From: a virus
Lineage: Duplodnaviria; Caudoviricetes
Virus record (IMG/VR): IMGVR_UViG_3300028603_000017
Span: 160,001-224,000 of that record
Strand: one strand, 5' to 3'
Length of the DNA: 64,000 bases
Below are positions 57,399 to 64,000 of the stretch, piece by piece. Positions within the stretch are counted from its first letter, which is position 1; every line of letters begins with the position of its first letter. The translations under genes were made by a program, and so were the position numbers. The notes below the pieces were generated by a model, which ran no database searches, was not told the DNA's origin, and saw only the letters and a program-made list of their open reading frames with translations.

Positions 57399-57653
57399 AT
57401 GGCAATCCGAATTACTGTAGATGGCGATGATCACGATCTTAATGTTGCAATAAGTGCTTTAATACATAGTAAGCTATCAGGTCTCAATATTCATCCTAAA
57501 ATAGATGAGGACATTAAACAAGAGGTGTTAGACACTACAGTGTTTATGGCTGTAACCAAGATTGAAAATCATCTTAAGTTATCTGAGATCGATATAGTGA
57601 TTCATGAAGGCAATATCTCAAAGACTTTGCAAGAGTTTGGTCCTTTAGCTTAA
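57399..57653 (+). CDS. hypothetical protein
   Basis: AAAGGA RBS before ATG 57399. Confidence 0.65.
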   Translation: MAIRITVDGDDHDLNVAISALIHSKLSGLNIHPKIDEDIKQEVLDTTVFMAVTKIENHLKLSEIDIVIHEGNISKTLQEFGPLA

Positions 57654-57771
57654 AGTTGAATCAAAATAATCTTAAATATACATAATAGAATTGAGTTAAG
57701 GGTAAATAATACCACTAACTTAAATTCCTTGAGCTACCAGTAGCTCTAGTTCAACTCTATAGGAAACCATT

Positions 57772-58509
57772 ATGAAAAAGACTTTGATCTCCTTGGCTGC
57801 CCTGACGGCTTTCGCAATCGGCTCCGCTCACGCTACCGGCTACGGCAATCAATCTGTCAGCTCCTCCATCGCCAACAGCGGTGGTGTGCACAACAGCATT
57901 TCCACCAGCGCTGCTGTCAAGGGTGTTGGTTCGTCGTTCTCCAGCGCTACCAGCGAAGCTGGCTCCAAGGCCTGGGGTACCACCCAAACCACGACCGTCA
58001 ACTGTGGTAATTGTGGTGAAGTCTCCGGCACCGTCAAGATCACCGGTGGTACTGAGACCTACACCCAAGGTACGGCTTTCAATGTCTCCAATGGCAAGCA
58101 CGCCACTGGCTCGGCCAGTGCTCAGGGTAATGCCTGGGCTGACGTGAATGCCAACGCCAAGTACACTGGTCCTGGCCAAAACACCAACGTCTATGGTCAC
58201 AGCGGTGACGAGTCCAACTTCAAGGTCAATGCCTCGAAGAATACGGGTGGTTTCGCTTCTGCTGGCACTGACGGTAGCTTTGAAGTCATTGGCAATGTGG
58301 GCTCCAAGGTCTGCACGGGTGGTTCTGCCTGTGGTGGCAAGGTAACCACCAAAGAAGTGTGGGGTTCGGTGACGGATACCAAGACCTCCAACAGCTACGC
58401 CAATACCGGCTCCATGACGGTGGATGGAAAACTGCTGAACCAATCCGTGGTTAATGCCAGCGCCAACCAGAATGTCAACGCTGGCGGTAACTTCTACGAT
58501 CCGCAGTAA
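57772..58509 (+). CDS. secreted Gly/Ser/Thr/Asn-rich beta-strand protein (candidate fibre/amyloid-like subunit)
   Basis: Sec signal peptide ending AHA, small-residue alternation, two Cys pairs, GC-rich codons. Confidence 0.7.
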   Translation: MKKTLISLAALTAFAIGSAHATGYGNQSVSSSIANSGGVHNSISTSAAVKGVGSSFSSATSEAGSKAWGTTQTTTVNCGNCGEVSGTVKITGGTETYTQGTAFNVSNGKHATGSASAQGNAWADVNANAKYTGPGQNTNVYGHSGDESNFKVNASKNTGGFASAGTDGSFEVIGNVGSKVCTGGSACGGKVTTKEVWGSVTDTKTSNSYANTGSMTVDGKLLNQSVVNASANQNVNAGGNFYDPQ

Positions 58510-58536
58510 TTTCACCGCATTAACAAAACGCTCGAA

Positions 58537-59196
58537 ATGAAAAAGGTTCTTTTTGTCGCGGGCTGTTTGTTTGGTATGTCTGCTATGGCAGGTGAGGCAG
58601 CTCCAGCTCCTACGCCTGTCAAGCCGGGCACCAGTGTCCAAAACGACACCAAACAACAGCAAGGTCAACATCAGTCTTCGGACTCTACCGCTATGGCCGT
58701 AGGTGGTGGTGGTGGCCAAGGGGGAGCTGCGATCAATGCTGGTAATAACCAGTACGTGGTCTTTAACTCTCCTGAGGAACAAACCTCTCACACCAACGTG
58801 CATTATTCTGGTTCCCAAAAGATCCATAATGTGCCCAGCGTTGGTGGTCCTCCTCTGATTTCATCCAACGACACCTGCATGGGTTCTACGTCAGGCAGTG
58901 TTAACGTGGCTGGCTTTGGTGGCAGTTATGGCACGACCTGGACAGATGAAAACTGCGTGATGCTCAAGAATTCCCGTGAAATGTGGAATATGGGTTTTCG
59001 CGCAGCAGCACTGGCTCGTATGTGTATGGACAGGATGAACCGTGAAGCTTTCGAGCTGACGGACCTGGAATGCCCTCAAGCCAAGAAGGAGCGTGAAACC
59101 AGTCAAGCACGTACTGCTGTCAATGCAAACGTCGAAGAACCTGGTCTGACGGACCCCATTGCTCGTCGTCGTTTGGGTTACAAGCCCTTGCAATAA
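58537..59196 (+). CDS. secreted protein with Cys-containing domain
   Basis: Signal peptide ending AMA; DTCMGS.SG....GFG.S.G.T..DENC...ARMC. Confidence 0.7.
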   Translation: MKKVLFVAGCLFGMSAMAGEAAPAPTPVKPGTSVQNDTKQQQGQHQSSDSTAMAVGGGGGQGGAAINAGNNQYVVFNSPEEQTSHTNVHYSGSQKIHNVPSVGGPPLISSNDTCMGSTSGSVNVAGFGGSYGTTWTDENCVMLKNSREMWNMGFRAAALARMCMDRMNREAFELTDLECPQAKKERETSQARTAVNANVEEPGLTDPIARRRLGYKPLQ

Positions 59197-59197
59197 C

Positions 59198-59602
59198 ATG
59201 AAGAAAATTGCTGCCATTATGTTGGTAGCAGCTGGTGTTGGTGCTCAGGCTCAGGATGGAAGACTCACAGTTGAGAACTCTATCCTGGGCTCAGGCGTTA
59301 ACAACGTAGGTAATTCATTGGCAGTTGAGGTTCATCATGGTGTATTTCATGTGCTTCAATATATGCCAGGGTTTCCTACAGCTGCTACGCTGTGGCCTAC
59401 TGTGATCAAACACAACTGCAATATCCCTAACAAGGATTGTGAGCTGTTTGATTACAAGCCCAGCTATGGCAGGGCAGAGTATCTCTTTTTCCGACCCTTT
59501 GAAGAAAAAGAGCCACCTGTTCCTGTCGTTAACTGCTGTGAAAAAGATCGCAATCCTATTGTGATCTACAAAGAAGTACCTGTTAAGCCCATCAAGCAAT
59601 AA
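59198..59602 (+). CDS. secreted protein
   Basis: Signal peptide MKKIAAIMLVAAGVGAQA; QYMPGFPTAATLWP...YGRAEYLFFRP. Confidence 0.7.
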   Translation: MKKIAAIMLVAAGVGAQAQDGRLTVENSILGSGVNNVGNSLAVEVHHGVFHVLQYMPGFPTAATLWPTVIKHNCNIPNKDCELFDYKPSYGRAEYLFFRPFEEKEPPVPVVNCCEKDRNPIVIYKEVPVKPIKQ

Positions 59603-59946
59603 TGGTTACTATCTTCCTATCGTCAGCTGTGCTGTGTATAGGGAATATTTGCTCACCAGTCCTGGTAGGAAAGGATACCCCTACAGGGCAATTCGTTCTA
59701 TATCAGAGATTGGTGAGTGATCCTCTTTATGCTGGCTCTGTGCTTCAGTTTAAAGAAACTGAGGATTATGTCTTTGCTATTCATCGTATTTGGAGAGGAA
59801 AGCCTGAGCAGCAAAGAGATAAAAGAATAAAATCTAACTCAGCAGCTAAGAGATTTATCACGTCTGGATGCATTAATGTAGAGGATAAACTATATGAGCA
59901 ACTCTTGGAGTGCTGCCAGAACAAAACTATTCGTATTGTTCGTTAG
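59602..59946 (+). CDS. YkuD-type L,D-transpeptidase-like protein
   Basis: G..TP.G.F and AIH...TSGCIN catalytic His/Cys motif. Confidence 0.75.
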   Translation: MVTIFLSSAVLCIGNICSPVLVGKDTPTGQFVLYQRLVSDPLYAGSVLQFKETEDYVFAIHRIWRGKPEQQRDKRIKSNSAAKRFITSGCINVEDKLYEQLLECCQNKTIRIVR

Positions 59947-60319
59947 CATTGTTTTGGTAGGATGTGCTACAAACGAAACAGTTAAAGTACAACAAAAACC
60001 ATATGTTTCACCTCAATGTGAGAATTCAGCCAAATATGCTAGATCCATAGGTGTACTTAAAGCAGCAGGTATTCCAGTTGATGAGCTGGATCAATACATG
60101 ACCAATCCTGTTGTCACTAATATTCCTATGAGGGATATCCAGAACTTTGCTATGTTCTTCAAAGGAAATCCTAATGAATTGTACGATACTGTGGCAAAGC
60201 TGTGTATGCACAGTGGTTGGACAGCATTGGGTCCACAATTGCGAGGCAATACTCCGGCGACAATTGGTGGATTAAGACTTACTCATCAACTCAAATCAAT
60301 TCCAACAGTTTCTAAATAA
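59894..60319 (+). CDS. putative lipoprotein
   Basis: Lipobox LVGC. Confidence 0.6.
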   Translation: MSNSWSAARTKLFVLFVSIVLVGCATNETVKVQQKPYVSPQCENSAKYARSIGVLKAAGIPVDELDQYMTNPVVTNIPMRDIQNFAMFFKGNPNELYDTVAKLCMHSGWTALGPQLRGNTPATIGGLRLTHQLKSIPTVSK

Positions 60320-60326
60320 ACATAAG

Positions 60327-60352
60327 CTCTAGCACCTGTTATGGTGCTAGAG
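60327..60352 (+). terminator. hairpin terminator
   Basis: ctctagcacc/ggtgctagag, TATG, then a T-run. Confidence 0.65.
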
Positions 60353-60379
60353 TATGTTCTGTATTTTTTTTTTTGTATT

Positions 60380-60982
60380 ATGGCAAATGTTAGACCAGTT
60401 AAAATAGTAGATATAGGTGAAGGTCAAGCAGAATTTCATGAATTTGGTGATGGTGATTTACTTGAAATAATAGAAAACATTATACATAAAACATCGTCGA
60501 ATAAGGCAATAAGCCAGTATGTTGAAATTGATGATGTGCTAAGATGGAATATTGCGCTAGCTACTCAAGACGCTGGTGCATACGCAATCCATAGACATAA
60601 TTCATCGGGAACTTATATTGATAGTCCATTTGCAATTGATTTAACTAATGGAGATCTTTGGCATAAGGGTGATAAACTCATTGATATGGGGGTAAATGCT
60701 AACGGCTTTTATGCAAGATTTGCTAATGGTATCCAGATTTGTGGAAGAACTGGTTTTTCAATAAGTTCGTCAGGTAACCAGTGGTGGACTTACCCGGCAG
60801 CTTTTGCTTATGCTATCGATCATGGTGGGTTTGCAATTTCTCCGTGGGGTCATAGTGGAGGCAGAGGTTTTGTATCAAACGGTGGTTCAGGCACTTCTGT
60901 TGCGGTGTCATATGTTAACGGCAGTGGATCACTAGTATCTGGCATGGTTAGTATGTTAGCTTTTGGAACATGGAAGAGCTAA
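60380..60982 (+). CDS. short tail-fibre-like protein (C-terminal tail-fibre domain)
   Basis: NANG.Y.RFANG.QIC...WTYPAAF...AFG.WK; start reassigned to ATG 60380. Confidence 0.7.
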   Translation: MANVRPVKIVDIGEGQAEFHEFGDGDLLEIIENIIHKTSSNKAISQYVEIDDVLRWNIALATQDAGAYAIHRHNSSGTYIDSPFAIDLTNGDLWHKGDKLIDMGVNANGFYARFANGIQICGRTGFSISSSGNQWWTYPAAFAYAIDHGGFAISPWGHSGGRGFVSNGGSGTSVAVSYVNGSGSLVSGMVSMLAFGTWKS

Positions 60983-61735
60983 ATGAAATTACGTTTGATT
61001 CCCCAAAGAAGTGATAGCAAACTTAATGTTAGTGTTCTGCTAGAAACAAATACCATCTATATTAACGACAAGTATTACGATTTAACTCCTCTATTAGAAA
61101 ACGTTCGCGTACATTTCGATATGGCTTCTGCTTATTATGAAGATGAGCAAATTGTGGTAGAGCTGCCTATGCCATATAAACAAAACACTTCTATTGATGT
61201 CATGCAAATACATGAAATCATAGTAGAAGAAGACGGCATAGTTAGTATACCTGAGCAAACATACGAAGCGCCAGAATCCGTTACTGAAGGCATTATTGAG
61301 TGGCCTGAAATTGTATCTATAGAGAAAAGACGTGAAACTAAATGGAGAGAAGTAGAAGCATATAGAAATAACCTAATGCAAAAAGGTGGGTTTCCTATAC
61401 TCGATAATAGTTATTGGTTACATTCTGATTTATTATCTAGATTTCAGCAATTAGGATTAATTGAATTAGGTAAGAAAGCTCTAGCAGCCGGTGTATTACC
61501 TGACCAAAATATTCCAAATGCTCCTGCTTGGCGTACTATGTCGGGAGAATATGTTCCACTAACACCACAATTAACAGAATCTTTAGTAGGAGCTTTTCTT
61601 TTACAAGAAGCTTCTATATTTGCTGTAGGTGATTATTGGAGAAACCAGATTAATATATCTGATAATCCAGAATCTATTGATTTAACTTCTGAAACATTTA
61701 TCAATAGCTGGCCAGCCACTTACCAAAATAGTTAA
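60983..61735 (+). CDS. tail fibre assembly chaperone-like protein (DUF4376-like C-terminus)
   Basis: MKL.L.PQRSD..L N-terminus; GG....W.HSD..SR.Q, WRTM.G and WP..Y. Confidence 0.7.
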   Translation: MKLRLIPQRSDSKLNVSVLLETNTIYINDKYYDLTPLLENVRVHFDMASAYYEDEQIVVELPMPYKQNTSIDVMQIHEIIVEEDGIVSIPEQTYEAPESVTEGIIEWPEIVSIEKRRETKWREVEAYRNNLMQKGGFPILDNSYWLHSDLLSRFQQLGLIELGKKALAAGVLPDQNIPNAPAWRTMSGEYVPLTPQLTESLVGAFLLQEASIFAVGDYWRNQINISDNPESIDLTSETFINSWPATYQNS

Positions 61736-61813
61736 TTGTTTTAATAATTAGGAACTTTAATTGTGTGGTGTAGACGTACACCGGTATCAATTAATCCTTC
61801 GAAGGTATTTTTA

Positions 61814-62290
61814 ATGAGAAATATGAAGTCAAATGTACAGCTAGTAGCTCTAGCTGTATCTGCTTTTGTTATGGCTGGCTGTTCAGCCACTAGCTACAAT
61901 AAAGGTGTAGACGCTAATGTAACTGGTAATACCCAGTATATGGATCTACAAAAACAACAGCTAAACGCTATTCAGCAATGCTATATGTTTTCCAAAGACA
62001 CTGCGCACTGCTCTATTTTAGCTGCTGGCACTAATGCTACTCAGATCCTAGGTGGCAGACCTACTCCTATTCGTATTGCTAAGTCTCCTGGTGAAATCTT
62101 TGAGACTGTAGCTACTAAGGGTCTACAAGCTGCTGTAATGCTCTACGGTATTGATGCGGTATCTAAGACATTACAAGCTGCTAACGCTGAAGCTGGTAAA
62201 ACGCTCGTTGTTCAGCCTGAAGTTGTGAGACCAGAAGTCGTAAATCCAGTTATCGTACATGCCCCTGCGGGCGCTGCTGTAGCACCTTAA
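61814..62290 (+). CDS. putative lipoprotein
   Basis: Lipobox MAGC; C-terminal VV.PEVV.P repeats; start at 61814 or 61823. Confidence 0.65.
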   Translation: MRNMKSNVQLVALAVSAFVMAGCSATSYNKGVDANVTGNTQYMDLQKQQLNAIQQCYMFSKDTAHCSILAAGTNATQILGGRPTPIRIAKSPGEIFETVATKGLQAAVMLYGIDAVSKTLQAANAEAGKTLVVQPEVVRPEVVNPVIVHAPAGAAVAP

Positions 62291-62303
62291 TTAAGTCGTC
62301 ATA

Positions 62304-62333
62304 GCTCCAGGTAGGACTAGTCCTACCTGGAGC
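62304..62333. terminator. perfect 30-bp palindrome (CATA...TATG family)
   Basis: gctccaggtaggact/agtcctacctggagc. Confidence 0.6.
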
Positions 62334-62502
62334 GTATGTCGTTAATAAATAATTTCTGATGGATTAAAATTTTCTAAATATCTACCAACACCTTTTGTTA
62401 CTCTTATTAGATGGCGTATCTAGATACATTGCCCATATTCTTTAATCCATTAATTTATGATCATAAAATTCTGTGGTTTAAATACAAAATAGGAATTAGA
62501 TT

Positions 62503-63168
62503 ATGAAATTATCACAAAGACTCAGACGAGGGGATGGGGGTAACACTAGTAATAGTGAGACAGATCCGTTTTATAATGATACTATAGTTATATTCAATTT
62601 TAATGATCCTGATGATACAACTAATTATTTAAATGAAGCCAATAACCCAATAACTCCTAGTGTGAATTCTGGTTGTTCAGTACAAAACAAATATCTAACA
62701 AATACACCAAACAATAATCGTTTAGGATTTCCCAGTAGTGAGCATTTTAATAGAGCTATTTCTTATACTTACGAGGCTTACGTAGAATTTTTTGATAATC
62801 CTGGTAAGGTAGACGATTTTTGTACATATAGCTCAGATAACGCTAGAACACTATATCGTAATGACAGTAACTGGCTTGAAAATAGTTATTCTCAAGATAA
62901 AGTAACTATTAATAAAAACATACTTTATCATTATGCGGTCAGTAATGATCTTATTGGTGGTCGTTATAGGATTTTTAGAGACGGCGTAGTTGTTATAGAT
63001 AGAGGTGCTACTGGTACTAATCAAAATTCAAACTTTGCAATATTAGGTAATAGTAGTTACAATTGGATCTATGGACCATATTGTAGAATTAAAGCTTTTA
63101 GATACACCAAAGCAACTAGGTATACCTCTAACTTTACTCCTCCTACATTACCTTTTCCTAATAAGTAA
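62503..63168 (+). CDS. LamG/concanavalin A-like lectin-domain virion protein
   Basis: DPFY..T, YTYEAYV, YHYAV, RIFRDG and RYT..FTPPT.PF patterns. Confidence 0.7.
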   Translation: MKLSQRLRRGDGGNTSNSETDPFYNDTIVIFNFNDPDDTTNYLNEANNPITPSVNSGCSVQNKYLTNTPNNNRLGFPSSEHFNRAISYTYEAYVEFFDNPGKVDDFCTYSSDNARTLYRNDSNWLENSYSQDKVTINKNILYHYAVSNDLIGGRYRIFRDGVVVIDRGATGTNQNSNFAILGNSSYNWIYGPYCRIKAFRYTKATRYTSNFTPPTLPFPNK

Positions 63169-63169
63169 A

Positions 63170-63209
63170 CATATACTCCTAGGTGGATTAATCCACCTAG
63201 GAGTATATG
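63170..63209. terminator. perfect 40-bp palindrome (CATA...TATG family)
   Basis: catatactcctaggtggatt/aatccacctaggagtatatg. Confidence 0.6.
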
Positions 63210-63520
63210 ACTATATTATCTTAATCCAAAATATTTCAAACTGATATTATTTCTATGGCATTAAGTATAGGGAATTATCTAAGAGTCTGAAAAACTCCTG
63301 GATAATATAGGGATTTTTTATTTTTGATCTCTATTATTTGTACTAGAAAGCAAATAAATGATCTATGGTACCATTACTCCATTTAGAGATCTAGTTGATA
63401 AAATAAAAGAACATAAAACTTAATCTTCTTTTGAAGATTAAGAGTTAATTCTAATTATTTTCAATAATATATCCTGTAATTGAGACTACAGTAGAAATAT
63501 TGTAGTTTACTCTAAAACAT

Positions 63521-63597
63521 CCGGCCGTAACTCAGCGGATAGTAGTAATCCCCTTCTAAGGGATAAGTCGGGGGTTCGAATCCCTCCGGCCGGACCA
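63521..63597 (+). tRNA. tRNA-Arg (anticodon TCT)
   Basis: Acceptor ccggccg/cggccgg, anticodon arm atccc-cttctaa-gggat, GTTCGAAT T-loop, encoded CCA. Confidence 0.9.
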
Positions 63598-63624
63598 TAA
63601 ATCTTTAATAGTTTTCTTAATAGT

Positions 63625-63713
63625 GCCCGGATGGTGAAATTGGTAGACACAACGGACTTAAAATCCGTCGGCCTTAACGGGTCGTACCGGTTCGATTCCG
63701 GTTCTGGGCACCA
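63625..63713 (+). tRNA. tRNA-Leu (anticodon TAA)
   Basis: Anticodon arm acgga-cttaaaa-tccgt, long variable arm, GTTCGATT, A73, encoded CCA. Confidence 0.93.
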
Positions 63714-63736
63714 TTAAGAAAATTACAACAAAATAC

Positions 63737-63836
63737 TTCCAGTGAGATTAGGATAGTAGGTCATAGGTCGACAATAGTTGATACTGGCTTAGAACTGAAG
63801 CTAGATGGTGTAGTCGTTCGATTCAGCCACTGGAAA
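63737..63836 (+). ncRNA. tRNA-like structured element or pseudo-tRNA
   Basis: Terminal stem ttccagtg/cactggaa, internal hairpin ctggct/agctag, GTTCGATTC; no canonical cloverleaf and no CCA. Confidence 0.4.
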
Positions 63837-63879
63837 CTAATTCATAAAGAATATAAAATGAAAAATTGGTAAGATTAAT

Positions 63880-63964
63880 GGGTGTGTGGCCGAATGGTTA
63901 GGCAGCGGCCTCATAAGCCGTGAGGGAAACCTCTAAGTAGGATCGTGACCTATCGCACCCACCA
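63880..63964 (+). tRNA. tRNA with anticodon CAT (Met or Ile2) on a class II, long-variable-arm body
   Basis: Acceptor gggtgtg/cgcaccc, anticodon arm gcggc-ctcataa-gccgt, variable arm gagg-gaaa-cctc, atypical T-loop ATCGTGA, A73, encoded CCA. Confidence 0.8.
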
Positions 63965-64000
63965 TAATAAAATATATGAAAAAGAAAAGATATTTAAATG

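Noticed and set aside
57757-58827. 356-aa minus-strand ORF opposite the secreted proteins
   Set aside because: Antisense shadow of strongly codon-biased + strand genes, which have RBSs and signal peptides
3914-63209. Intergenic palindromes as MITE/IS ends or CRISPR repeats
   Set aside because: No transposase, target-site duplications or regular spacer structure, and the stem sequences vary between copies
1-64000. Genome-wide stop-codon reassignment
   Set aside because: Coding density is high under the standard code, and TAA, TAG and TGA all end conserved genes; only one isolated in-frame TGA was seen (47134)

Overview
This window is part of an AT-rich, phiKZ-like nucleus-forming jumbo phage (Chimalliviridae). 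The recurring AAAGGA-type ribosome-binding sites fit a betaproteobacterial host, but that is inference. Positions ~3-33 kb hold the conserved core block: a B-family DNA polymerase subunit, chimallin (ChmA), non-virion RNA polymerase (nvRNAP) subunits, an SbcD-like nuclease, ChmC-like, gp68-like and PicA/Imp1-like genes, an SF2 helicase and a virion RNAP beta-prime subunit. The rest carries an endolysin, nrdAB, a long accessory region and the start of a tRNA cluster. Main observations: (1) the catalytic NADFDGD motif of the nvRNAP beta-prime gene is split by two related, ORF-less group I introns around a 12-nt micro-exon (DFDG); (2) a ~500-nt, G-U-rich, pseudoknotted candidate ncRNA lies upstream of the DNA polymerase gene; (3) there is an AcrIII-1 (DUF1874) ring nuclease, plus Nudix, NADAR-like and macrodomain genes; (4) a probable programmed -1 frameshift (T TTT TTT) would create a ~665-aa fusion protein; (5) a GC-rich operon encodes secreted, possibly fibre/amyloid-like proteins; (6) a CAU-anticodon tRNA has a long variable arm; (7) intergenic palindromes flanked by CATA...TATG recur across the window. 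All assignments come from visible motifs, manual base-pairing and remembered phiKZ gene order; no searches were run.
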